DNA of 64,000 nucleotides from Asterias rubens (lineage: Eukaryota): assembly GCF_902459465.1 (NCBI RefSeq), contig NC_047079.1, forward strand, positions 8,370,001 through 8,434,000, in the 5' to 3' direction. The translations under genes were made by a program, and so were the position numbers. The notes beneath the pieces were generated by a model. That model was not told the DNA's origin. It did no database searches and saw only the letters and a program-made list of their open reading frames with translations. How positions within the stretch are numbered: the stretch's first letter is position 1; every line of letters begins with the position of its first letter. Below are positions 12,901 to 25,355 of the stretch, piece by piece.

Positions 12901-13899
12901 ATGTGTTATTTTGCTTAGCCATAACATTTCGTAAGTTTCTTTCTTGTGCTTCCTTTTTGTTTGGAAATCTTAAACAAAGAGCAGGCTTTTCTTTACAAGA
13001 ACATTTTCCTTCAAGAAGTTTCTCACTTTCCTCGTATTTATAGTCAAATTGAATACCAAAATTATTATAACATGTTCTGTCTTTAACTTTCCATATTTTA
13101 TACTTGTTTAACCTGCATGACAGAGAACCGTTCGTGAAATCATCAAACACCCTAATTATGACCCTTCGACGTTTGACTCCGATGTGGCATTGATACATCT
13201 CAATGAATCCATCAAATTCACTGACTTCATTCGACCAATCTGTCTCCCACCACAAAGCACCCACTTTAAGGAGGATGACGACGAACGCGTGTACATCCCT
13301 AACGTAGCCGACGAGGATATAACGGCGGTTGTGATTGGCTGGGGGAAGATCTCAGAACATGGACGGACCTCTGATACGCTTCGAGAGGTGCACGTTGGTG
13401 TCGATGTGTCACGAGTTGAATGTAACGTGAGGCAACATCTTGATGTCACGCGTAACATGGTATGTGCGGGATCAAGAGAAGGTAAGTCACGCTTCTTTTG
13501 ACTGGCATACCAAAAATAATGTAATACCAGTTTTTCCAAGTTCCTCAAAAGAGTCTTTGGTTTTTGTAACCCCAAATAATATTTTTCGCCATCGAAAACG
13601 TTTTGACGGAGATAGCAAACAGAATTTATGTCTCTCACCGGGCGAACAGGCCAAAAATCAAAACTGCTCAATTAACCATCGTTGATACTATTTTGTTTTT
13701 ACTACCAGGTGGGCGTGACGCTTGTAGAGGCGATAGTGGGGGTCCGTTGATGCTACAAGACGACGTCACCAATCGCTATTTTACATACGGAGTGGTATCA
13801 TGGGGTGATGGATGTGGACGTGAAGGCAACTTTGGCGTTTATGTGCGGATCGAAAACTTTGTAGATTGGATACAATCTAAAATAAGGTTGGAGCGTTAA
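6992..13899 (+). CDS. MASP-like: MASP/C1r/C1s-like serine protease A (SP-CUB1-EGF-CUB2-CCP1-CCP2-trypsin), 11 coding exons, 708 aa
   Basis: Exons 6992-7011, 7460-7700, 7859-8033, 8569-8691, 9052-9245, 9538-9694, 10395-10568, 10953-11138, 12588-12895, 13124-13481, 13709-13899; total 2127 nt, open. Signal [27 protein letters not shown]; CUB1 [13 protein letters not shown]; cbEGF DVNEC; activation site TGR|IVGG; triad TAAHC / DSDVAL / GDSGGP; S1 Asp (RDAC). Confidence 0.93.
9830..10030 (-). mobile_element. tRNA-headed SINE with a CORE-like motif
   Basis: The minus strand reads ggttcgagtcccggt (B box) then gtgtccctgagcaaggcactt, resembling the MIR/CORE consensus as I recall it. Confidence 0.55.
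10091..10223. repeat. Fold-back of 18-19-bp units in gene A intron 6
   Basis: Three ggggtgactttgtaaggg-like units followed by about four reverse-complement cccttacaaagtcacccc-like units. Confidence 0.85.
11114..12343 (+). repeat. 55-bp minisatellite built from the end of gene A exon 8 plus its 5' splice donor, 23 donor copies
   Basis: Unit ccagagccaccagtgtgtgtaccaa|gtaagttataatatacgttgtttgagtagt; counted GTAAGT from 11139 to 12338. Confidence 0.97.
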
Positions 13900-13944
13900 A
13901 CCAACGGAGTAGTGCCGACTAAAGTGGAGAAAAAACTGTTTAAC

Positions 13945-14016
13945 ACCCGATGATGTAATCATCAATGTTACGGAAGCCCAACCCGATGATGTAATCATCA
14001 ATGTTACGGAAGCCCA
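13945..14016 (+). repeat. 36-bp duplication just 3' of the gene A stop
   Basis: acccgatgatgtaatcatcaatgttacggaagccca x2. Confidence 0.9.
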
Positions 14017-15138
14017 ATGTGGATGGACACCAACCAAACTCTACACGTTGCTTTTTCTATTCTTACTTTTCGTATTGCTCAGGCAAATAAGAATACAAGT
14101 ATAACCGATGACTTTAAAGGGACACGTTGCCTTGAATCGGGAGAGTCTGTCTATATAAACTTAAAACTGCTTGTTATAAAATGTAAAATGGCTAGAATAG
14201 TATATTGATCCACACAAACATTTTGTTATTAAAGAAATATTCAAACAAATGAGTTTATAAAAGTTCCTTTAAAATCTGAAGAGAGTCAGCTTGGCGAATA
14301 TTAAATGGGAAGCAGTTCCTTAACGGAGATGCAATGAGTTGGAAGGCTATTTGACCATATAATTTAATGTTAAATGTAGTTTGAGTCTTAAGACTAAAAG
14401 AATACAGACATAAGAATATAAGCGTTGGGCTTAAACAGTTTCATTCATTATGGCAAAGCTCATAGCTCGTGCTCTTTTCAATGATGTAACATCATAGAGT
14501 TTGATTGGATAAACTTATGGCCTCTTACTTTCAGCATCGGTATTTTTTTTCTTCAAAGAGTCCGCTATTCAATGGCACCCAAATCCGCTAAATCTGTACA
14601 CTGACGACAGACATGCACGCAGGCTCTCTTTAAATCAGAAGATCACAACGGTCGTAGAGACCATTTCTCAAGGATATGAAGATACAACAACTATCTAGCA
14701 GTTTGGTGGTATTAGGTCATGATTTTTGGTGGGAAATGACAGAAGAAAATTCCAACCTTGGTGAAATTGTTTGTACTGAGTACCTCTGCTGACTCCAAGT
14801 GTGGGTCAGACCATTTTCTCATGGGGTTGATACAAGGCCATGTCTACAATCATGGCCCAAGATACAAGCAAATGTTTATCACAAGTAACGTGTTTTACCA
14901 TCAGTCTCCAACGTTTGTGATTAACTGTACTTGCATTGTCTGTGATGACGATGGACCTTACTTTGTAGCTCCAGAGTTAAAAATGGCAACACTTTTTATT
15001 CGCATCAACGCACAGTGTACCGAGCACCACCCCCCATTCTAAACAATGGTTTGATTTGCTAAGCTAGATTCTTATCTTACAAGAGATCTACACATATACT
15101 GTAGCACTGCCCACTGTAAGTACACACCCTACAGCAAT

Positions 15139-15517
15139 TTAAAGGCACTGTGTGATTGGTAATATTTACCAATCACACAGTGCCTTTATTGTTAGCATAA
15201 AAACTTACTTGGGTAGTAACAACCAATTGAGAGCTGTTCATAGTAGTGAGAAACGGCTCCCACTGAAGAAACACAATTTTGTAGAAATAGGTCATTTCTC
15301 ACTCAAATAATAAAATACTTCAGCTGAAGCCTTTTATGCATCTGAAAGCACACGAAGTTGTGTAACAAGATTTTTTCTTTCATTATTCTCTTGCAACTTC
15401 GATGACTAATTGAGCCCAAATCTTCACAGGTTGTAAATTAATGCATATTATGTTGGGCTACACCAAGTGAGAATACTGGTCTTTGACAATAATTACCAAA
15501 CATGTCAGTGCCTTTAA
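15139..15517. mobile_element. Kolobok-like MITE ending about 200 bp upstream of the gene B ATG
   Basis: ttaaaggcactg ... cagtgcctttaa; internal sequence shared with the other copies. Confidence 0.75.
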
Positions 15518-15719
15518 GCTGTGATTTCATGTTGACATTTTGCATGAAACAAATCCATGTTTGAGATGATCGGGCTTTGATTATGTACAGCCATGTAAAC
15601 ATGTAAACAAGCAGGACGGTAACAATCGACGAACTCTGCACCCAAATTTATATTTATGTGTTGAAACAGAATCGGATGTTGTTTGCGACTCCATTGCATC
15701 AGGCACCTAAAGGCAGATC

Positions 15720-18700
15720 ATGGCTCAAACACTGAATCGGTAAGTTTTGTCACGCAGAACTTCTTCTTATACAGTGGTTCTCTTAACTAGTAGTAGCAGA
15801 TTGCGTGTTTTTAAAACATTATTTGTAATTATGTCTACATTTGTGGTGACAAAAATGGTTAATGGTCGTTTTGAATCAGAATAATGTTAAAGGTAGTTTC
15901 ATAGATTGGAAAATACTAACACAAAATACGATGTCGGTCACTTCAAATCCAAGTGACTTCGTACCCAAAATATCTTACCCAAGTACCCAAGTCACTTCAT
16001 ACACAAGTAACCTCGTACCCCAGTCACTTCGTACCCGAGTCACTTCTGTTTTTAAACCCAAAGTTGAATACATGTGATTTTCATAAGGACGCGTGTCATC
16101 ATCGCTTCAATATTGATGTACCTCGTCCATTTTCCTGTCAACACAACATGCGAAACTGAGCAACGAAGCGCCCTCTACGGGCAGATAGAGTCACCAGACT
16201 ATCCTGAGCCGTATGGTGATAACGTAGATAGAGTCTGGAACATAACCGTGCCTGACGGATTCACAATAGTCTTGTACTTCAGTCTCTTCGAGCTAGAAGC
16301 TTCATTAGATTGTGCATATGACTATGTCAAGGTAATTTTTACGAAGTAAAGTATGGCCTGCCGTGATTCATACTTAACTCAAAAATAGCTGTTAAGCGTA
16401 CATAGCAAGTTTAAAATTTAAAGCTCTCACAATTTCAGCGAGAATAAAAGAAACACTATAAATTGCTACTTATTTATTTTCTAACTTGCAGCTCAGGAGT
16501 TTTAAAAATGCTGTTTGAAATAAATACAGAATTGTTTATTCTTCGGATATTTTAAACTCCTGGTTTGCCTCTAGATGTGCTACACATTTTTAACACAAGT
16601 TCCTGTCGACAGGTGTCAAGTTCCAAAGAGACAGCAACCTTCTGTGGCAATGGTCAGTTCTTGGAGTTTAGAACCCCACGTGACAGGAACATGACGTCAC
16701 CAAATAACAACATGGTGGTCGAGTTTCATTCGGACTATTCCAATGAAGAACAGTTCTCTGGATTTGTTGCACATTACCAAGCCAGGGGTACGTCATCACA
16801 ACAATAACAAACACCAAAAACCACGAGCTGACACAATCCAATGTAATGTAATGAAATCTAATTTGAATTGTGCAAATCTGCTTGCTCTGATCCGAAAGAC
16901 AATGAATGTGCTCAAACAGTCGACCAAATGAAAGAACCAGACCTTGTTTGGGGGTTACCAAAGAGCCTATTATTATAAAACAACCCACACAAAATAAATA
17001 CAACAAATGACATAATTCGTATCTGTCAATGATAGTTATTATTGAATTTTACGGATACACAATCCAGTATCTTAAATTCATTATGAATGACGTCATCAAT
17101 CCGCTACTTAGAGGTATACTGACACTGAAACAATGCAGACGCACAGATTTATGTGCGCGGCGGGCAGGGTGAGCCAATGAACGACCTCCTATTGACTTCT
17201 AGCTGAGGGCGCCACACTCAAATGACGTCATGTGTACACCGTTTAAATTGGGTCCTTTTTTAACGATCATTCGTTTATTATGTTTTTGGTTTGAGTCAAA
17301 CATGTTGCTTAGTAAACATACATAGAAACATATACATTTTAAATAAATAGTGTCTGCACGTCCACTACAATAGTAAGTTCTGTCCGTTTTTTTCTCTCAA
17401 AGTTGATGTCAAACTAATTTCTCCTATTCAGATGTCAATGAGTGTTTGGTAAACAATGGCGGGTGTGAGCAAGTTTGTCATAACTTCGTGTCTGGATATT
17501 ACTGTTCATGTCGACTGTATTACCAGCTGCAGCCAGATAATCACCACTGCAAAGGTAACACTTTTCTTCCTCATTTTATTGGGAACTAGCGACACCGACA
17601 ACATTCATTTTTGTTCGTCTTTGCAAGTCGAACAAGACACATGGGTTTTATCCGTTGACATTGGTCGACGCGGTGCCACTTTTTTTATATGTTTTTTTAA
17701 ATTAATTGTTTTATTATTTATTTTTTATTTTTATGTATGAAAGAAATAGAAGCGACGCTACTTTTAGGGGGGGGGGGGGGGGGGGCTTATAAGGGTCCGG
17801 CGACCTTTTTGTGATTTTCTTTTCATTGTTTCTTCAACAAATTTCGAAAGTTTTTCTACTTTTTCAATAATCAAAAATATTGGTTTGTAGATATTTCAAG
17901 GGAAGATGAATGTCTCGCTAAAACATTATGACTTGAGTGGACAGGATCTAGCCTACCACTAATCGGTTTCAGGTCGTACTACATAATGTCCTCTACATAC
18001 CGGTTCATCTCTTTCTTACCTCCTCTTTCATTAGAACCTAGTATCGAAACACTTTTCTCAGTACTTTTTTGTGTATTTCAGTTTCTTGCAGGGATATTGT
18101 TTATACCTCAGATGAAGATGACTTCCAGACTCCTGACTATCCTGACGATTATCCGCCGAATGCTGATTGTAACTGGCTGATAAATGTCGACATCGGATAC
18201 TCCATTAACATCGTGTTTGAAACATTCCAGATAGAATCGCATCCAACTATACTCTGTCCTTACGACTATGTCAAAGTAGGCGTAAACAGTGATTAAGAGT
18301 TACACCAAATAAACTAGTTGATTTACCTTTCAAAGTAACATTTTTTTAGTAACAGAAAGTTGGAGGAGAGTCATAACTATCAACATCCTACTGTGTTTTA
18401 TGTTGATGCATTAAGTAAGAACCAGGAATAATGTACTTGATATATCCTGAATAAAACTACTTATCAGGTGACGAGTTGTATAATGGGACATGTATTATTA
18501 TTAAAAGCTGTTGCCTTTTTGCACTTTGGCACATGGCTTAGAGATCGGTAACAAAATAAACTACAACATTGGTGCCCAATGACTTCAAGTACAGAACAAA
18601 GTCTGTCGTGTATATTTAAGTTGACATTGAGCCAGTGTAAACATCATCTAATGCCAAAACTTGTTTCCTTTTCTTGGCAGATTTATTACGATAACGAGGT

Positions 18701-21700
18701 TAGAGGGCCAATGTGTGGCGATTCACAAACTGATCTACCCGCAAGTTTCTCCACATCCGGGAACATTGCCAATGTGACGTTTCATTCCGATCAATCAGTA
18801 CAGAGAATGGGATTCCGGGCTCGGTATGACGTCACAGGTGAGAATAACAACCTTGTTGTCAGGTTCGGTCGGCCTAAGCGCATTGCCTTGATTGACCTGG
18901 GGTCGAGCGAGGTTGTCTGGGTGTTGCATGCTAGTCAGACGCCACCGTGGCCTATCGTTCGTATTAAGCGATAGATAAATAGTGTTCGATAAATACCACC
19001 GCGTCATTTCTAGTACTCAACAGACCCTGCTTAATTCGAAATAGTCCGTCCCCTCAAAACTCTTTCCTCGTTACGCAAAACAAAACGAAACTACCAATGA
19101 ACGAATATGGGCGGCAAAGTAAAGGGCAACGGAAAATGTTGGTATATTTCACTGCCATTCATCCGTGCAACATGTTCCCACTAAAACATGTCGTTCTTAT
19201 TTACAATCGTCCACTCCAAAATTGGCACATTAACGTTTTAATAAGGCAATGTCTTTTGCGGGTACAATAATGATCGGACGTTCAAACTTGGTGAATGTTT
19301 TACACGGATACCTAGCATCAAGTGATAAACCAAAAGGTAAACTGACTGGTTTGTATAAAATCAAACGGTTATAAACACTCACAAAGATACTTCCTTTCGA
19401 GTCTTGTCACTTTGAATGCCTCTCGTTTATTGGTTGTAGGTCGATCTTGTCCCGCCCTCTACCGGCCTACATATGGTATGATATCAGGAAGTAACTTTAC
19501 CTTTAGAGACTCTGTTCGATTCAGCTGCAATGATGGCTACGTTATAAATGGCTCCACATCGAGATCATGTCAAGCTAATGGCACCTGGTCTGGTATCCAA
19601 CCTACCTGTGAAAGTATGTATGCATCTATTAACTGAGTTTACAGTTTATACAAAAAAAATGAACAATTAAAACAAATGTATTTCAATTATATGCTCGTTC
19701 CTCAAAATATCCGCTCGTTTCCGAGAAATCCTTTCGTCCTATTCCCAAAAATCTCACGAAAAAACGAATGTTATTTGAAACGAGGTTTAAGTTTACACAA
19801 AAGGTTAGGTAATGACAATGCCTGCATCGCATCATTCCCTCAGCCATAGGTCAAAATGTTTTAGTGACGACTAAAATGGAAGGGCTTTGATACAAGTGAC
19901 TCAAACTTCATTTCTCTGAGAAAGAATTAACATCAAGATGTGATGATTCAAGAAGGTTCAACGGAGTATTAATATGCGATTTGTTTTTTCAGTTGTAAAA
20001 TGCAACATCCCACAGCCCATCAGTAACGGTGAGATCAAGTACTACTCCGGTATGAATTTCAGCTACTCCAATTCCATTGGTTTTGTGTGTAACGATTATT
20101 ATGAAATGGAAGGCATGAGTTCGAGTGAATGTGGAGTGAATGGAACATGGACACCAGAGCCACCAGTGTGTGTACCAAGTAAGTTATAATATACGTTGTT
20201 TGAGTAGTCCAGAGCCACCAGTGTGTGTACCAAGTAAGTTATAATATACGTTGTTTGAGTAGTCCAGAGCCACCAGTGTGTGTACCAAGTAAGTTAGAAT
20301 ATACGTTGTTTGAGTAGTCCAAAGCCACCAGTGTGTGTACCAAGTAAGTTATAATATACGTTGTTTGAGTAGTCCAGAGCCACCAGTGTGTGTACCAAGT
20401 AAGTTATAATATACGTTGTTTGAGTAGTCCAGAGCCACCAGTGTGTTTACCAAGTAAGTTATAATATACGTTGTTTGAGTAGTCCAGAGCCACCAGTGTG
20501 TGTACCAAGTAAGTTATAATATACGTTGTTTGAGTAGTCCAGAGCCACCAGTGTGTGTACCAAGTAAGTTATAATATACGTTGTTTGAGTAGTCCAGAGC
20601 CACCAGTGTGTGTACCAAGTAAGTTATAATATACGTTGTTTGAGTAGTCCAGAGCCACCAGTGTGTGTACCAAGTAAGTTAGAATATACGTTGTTTGAGT
20701 AGTCCAGAGCCACCAGTGTGTGTACCAAGTAAGTTATAATATACGTTGTTTGAGTAGTCCAAAGCCACCAGTGTGTGCACCAAGTAATTTATAATATACG
20801 TTGTTTGAGTAGTCCAGAGCCACCAGTGTGTGTACCAAGTAAGTTATAATAATACGTTGTTTGAGTAGTCCAACGCCACCAGTGTGTGTACCAAGTAAGT
20901 TATAATATACGTTGTTTGAGTAGTCCAAAGTCACCAGTGTGTGTACCAAGTAAGTTATAATATACGTTGTTTGAGTAGTCCAAAGCCACCAGTGTACCAA
21001 GTAAGTTATAATATACGTTGTTTGAGTAGTCCAGAGCCACCAGTGTGTGTACCAAGTAAGTTATAATATACGTTGTTTGAGTAGTCCAACGCCACCAGTG
21101 TACCAAGTAAGTTATATACGTCGTTTTAGTAGTACAACCTGAGCGAATAGCGTCATTGCCGTCATCTCTGTGTTGGTGTCTGAGACAACAGAGTACAGTA
21201 TTTGAAGAAAAAGTATCAAGTCAGAGGAAGTGGAAACTATGGCAATTGAACAAAGGCAATGACACAAAACTTCTGCCTGCCAGCCTGCCTGCCAGTCTGC
21301 CTGCCTGCCTGCCAGTCGGCCTGTCTGCCTGCCTGCCTGCCAGTCTGCCTGCCTGCCTGCCTGCCAGTCTGCCAGTCTGCCAGTCTGCCTGCCAGTCTGC
21401 CTGCCTGCCTGCCAGTCTGCCTGCCAGTCTTCATGTCTGTCTGCCGCCCGCTGCTGTCTGTATGCTTGCCTGCTAGTCTACATGCCATGCATGTCTACCA
21501 ATCTGCCAGCCTGCGGGGGTTGGGTGGGGCGTTCTTTGTTTTTCATTCAAGTTGATTTTTCTAAATTTACTTTATTCTACCTTTTTCAAATTTCAAAAGC
21601 GTATTGTGAATGTTCTTCTGCTGTATCACTTTCATTAATTAAAAAAAAATCAACATGATGAGTAGGATTTGAAACTTTGCATGGTGGAAATACGATATAG

Positions 21701-23787
21701 AAAGGTTTTGCGGTAACACCATTTAATGACTATCTCTAATGAGTTGGGGTGGTTCTGAAAAGAACCGTTGGTTTTAACTCGACGTTTCGATCAATATGCT
21801 CTGATCGTCTTCTGGAGAAAGCTTTCCCCAACTCATTAGAGATAGTCATTACATGGTGTTTCCGCAAAACCTTTCTATTTCAACATGATAGTTAATATTT
21901 TTGTATATCCCCAACTCATTAGAGATAGTCATTACATGGTGTTTCCGCAAAACCTTTCTATTTCAACATGATAGTTAATATTTTTGTATATCCCCAACTC
22001 ATTAGAGATAGTCATTACATGGTGTTTCCGCAAAACCTTTCTATTTCAACATGATAGTTAATATTTTTGTATATCAACATTTAAAGGAGTATTTTCAGGT
22101 CTGAGCGTGCGGAAACTTAAAAAAAGTTAAGGACCAATGGAATTATTTCGTCTTGTTCTTGTTGTCTGTTCAGTATGTGGTGAGAGTTCTATTATACCAA
22201 GAGGCCTTTCGACTGGACGCATTGTCGGTGGTCAAGAGTCTACACCGGGCTCATGGCCGTGGCAAGTACTGATCAATATCAACGCCCCTGGGTTTGGACT
22301 AAGAAACGTCATCTGCGGTGGCTCCGTGTTGAATGAAGAATGGATATTGACTGCAGCCCATTGCCTCACTGCAACCAAAAGCTACCTTACAACGTATGGC
22401 GAAGTTGTACCCAACCACACCGTGGTTGTATCATTGGGGATTCATAAGAGAGGCAGTCCGGCTGAACACACTATCGTCGTAAGTTAAGACCATTTTTGTT
22501 TTACTGTGCACTTTCCTGTAACAAAGACGTAAATGTCGGTCACAAAAAGGCCACAAAGACGTAAATGTAGGTCACAAAGACCAAAATGTCTCCAAAAACG
22601 TAAACGTAAGTCATTGCCACATGTTGTTTTTACCTGTTCAGCTTAAATCAACAACAGCATTGCTTAATAAGCGTTGGCCTATTTGAAATTCAAATTCGCA
22701 ACTTGGGTTTAGGTAACATCTCAGCTTATATATACATGTATGCAAAAAAAAAAAAACATGATAGTTTCTCTGTGACAATCGCCAACCACGTTCCAGGCGT
22801 ATTGTCGTGTGTGTGACAACTTTTGTTTCGTCATTAACTTCTGCAGTATAACATTTCTTCCTGACATGACAGAGATCTGCATTTGAAATCATCAAGCATG
22901 CTGAGTTTTACCCTGTAACCTACGATAACGATGTGGCGTTAATTCACCTCAATGAATCCATCCGATTCAATAACGTCATACGACCAATCTGTCTCCCACC
23001 ACAAAACACACACATTGAGCAGGATGACGACGAACGCGTGTACATCCCTAACGTAGCCGACGAGGATACAACGGCGGTTGTGATTGGCTGGGGGCAGAGG
23101 GGCCAGGGCCTGTCTACGTCAAACGTACTGCTAGAGGTTTACGTTGGTGTCAATGTGCCGAGGGACCTATGTAATATGAAGCTAAATGATCCTGTTACAA
23201 CTAACATGGTTTGCGCTGGATCAACAGAAGGTGAGTTATGTCATACGTTATGTATCTCCAATATGCCAATTACTTCCCATAACAATCCATAACGACTCGG
23301 TTTCTTAGACCAAAGACGATCCCTAGTCAAACAGTAAGAAAGAGTACAACAACACAATGAGATTATACGAGTAGGATCAAGTTTGACGCAGCCAAGCGTA
23401 AATGCAAGAATAGTGATAGGGGTCGAAATTGGAAAGAAAACTCATGGGTGAACAATAAATTAAATAAACAAAGGAGGGGTGGAGCTGGGACTGTTTTGGC
23501 CTTTTACAAATGCGACAGTTTATGATACCGCTCTTTTTCTCAAAATATCTATTTCTTTGCGTCACTTTTGTTCAACCTATGTTTTATTTTATGTAGGTGG
23601 TCTTGACAGTTGTCAGGGGGACAGCGGGGGACCGTTGATGCTACGAGATGACGTCACTAATCGCTATTTTACATATGGAATAGTATCTTGGGGCGAGGGA
23701 TGCGCAAAAGCAGGCAAGTTTGGTGTGTATGTGCGCATCGAGAACTTCGTGGATTGGATCCAATATGAGACATTTGTGGAGCGTTGA
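15720..23787 (+). CDS. MASP-like: MASP/C1r/C1s-like serine protease B, 11 coding exons, 708 aa
   Basis: Exons 15720-15739, 16088-16331, 16613-16787, 17432-17554, 18082-18275, 18681-18837, 19440-19613, 19993-20178, 22174-22478, 22873-23230, 23597-23787; 2127 nt, open. TGR|[26 protein letters not shown]. Confidence 0.93.
20154..21120 (+). repeat. Same 55-bp exon-end/donor minisatellite in gene B, 18 copies
   Basis: Donors counted from 20179 to 21107; one copy reads gtaatt. Confidence 0.97.
21262..21475 (+). repeat. Degenerate (CTGC)n/ctgccagt microsatellite in gene B intron 8
   Basis: Visible 4-bp periodicity. Confidence 0.9.
21697..22075. mobile_element. Penelope-like pseudo-LTR remnant (inverted copy plus three ~83-bp tandem tails)
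   Basis: 21700-21750 is the reverse complement of the unit repeated from 21826; degenerate hammerhead core CAGAAGA...GAAACGTC on the minus strand. Confidence 0.6.
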
Positions 23788-25355
23788 ACCAGAGGACGGA
23801 TGTAACGTCAAATCAAACCACTAGTGTCTAAAACGACTGCATAATGTAAGGTCATTAATGTTTACCCGATGAAAATATTTCCATCACTCTATTTAAAGTA
23901 TTATCATTATATTAAGCAGTAATTCCATGAAGATGGTCTCCAAATACCGGTGCAGCGTAATCATTTTATGTTCTTTTGTGTTTTAAAATCGCTCTTCTCA
24001 TTATCGCTTGTTATATCGCTTACATATTTTGAGAACGTGCAAGCATCCTGTAGACTAGGCAAAAAGCAAACCTCTTGGTAAAAAGTTGTAAATTCTGTAT
24101 GTTTTTTTTGTAATTTTTAAACAATTCTATTTTTTTTATTTTTTTTTATTTTTTAATCTCTGTATTTTAAACTCAATTCAGCTTGTAGCTGCGATGTTTG
24201 AATGTGTTTTAATAAACCAATAATAATAATTAAGTCTTATTGGACGAGAACCAATCACGTGATGTGATACAAAAGCGCTTGATACCTATCGGTGACGAAT
24301 TCTAAAGTTTTATTGGTCGAAAAGTAAAACCAATCACATGGTGTTAATTATACCGCAACTTTTTAACACAACAACTTATTGATTGAAGTAAAAGGTAATG
24401 CGATGGCTGAACAGTTAGCACGTGCATATATAGTCATTATGTCTTACGTATCAAATCTTGATGGCTTACAAGCGATATTTTATATGAAGGGCTGTGCTTA
24501 AACATCTCTTTGAATAATAACATTCTCTTGAAAGTAATTTGATTACAATTAAAACAAGGCTATATATATATGATTAAAAAAAAGAGACTTTTAGTAGAAA
24601 AAAAATTCAAATAAAACAAAATTAACAGTTTAAAGTGTTTGCATTGATTAAGGGTGATATTTCTTTTTTAGACCCCCACCCAATTGTCTTGTCTCATAAT
24701 TGTCTTGTAGTCTTAATCTCGGAGGTGCTCTACCTCCGAGATTATCAGTGCACTGATTTGTTTTTAGAGATCATTGATGTTTTACTGGGAGGTGTTTTTG
24801 AGATTAGTACAGCCGACAAAGATGTTGTTATGCCAGCACAAGACATTATAAGACACTTAACCCTGTTTCGCTATTTCACGGGAGGACTTAAAGATGGCAA
24901 TGGGAGAAAAGAACATCCTTGTCACACGAAGTTATGTGCCTTCAGATGCTTGAATTCGATACCTCAAAACCAAATTCCATGGTCTCGAACTAGTGAGAAA
25001 TGACTTCTTTCTCGAAAACTACTTCGCTTCAGAGGGATCCGTTTCTCACATTGGTTAATACATGTACTATCAACAGCTCCCCGTTACTCATTACCAAGTA
25101 AGGTCTTATGCTAATAATTATTGTGAGCAATTACCAATAGTATCCAGTGCCTTTACACATCACAAGAGGGGTGCAGCACAGAACTTATTGTTTTCGACTT
25201 TGGCTCTTGATTATCAAGGAAATCATCAAATGTAAATAAACAAAACGTGACAATCGAGGTACATTGTCCCCATTATTATCACTCATAGTGTACTTTAAGA
25301 GAATTCCGAGGCCATTTTGAACCTCATTGAACTGCAACGGGTAGTAAGCTCAACC

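Noticed and set aside
14600-15040. Possible hAT transposase relic (minus-strand KVRSIVITDNAS)
   Set aside because: Only one short motif and frequent stops; would need tBLASTn against Repbase/Dfam.
17767-17785. Poly-G tracts as G-quadruplex elements (also about 4908-4918, 50506-50530)
   Set aside because: Simple homopolymer runs, prone to sequencing error, with no positional pattern.
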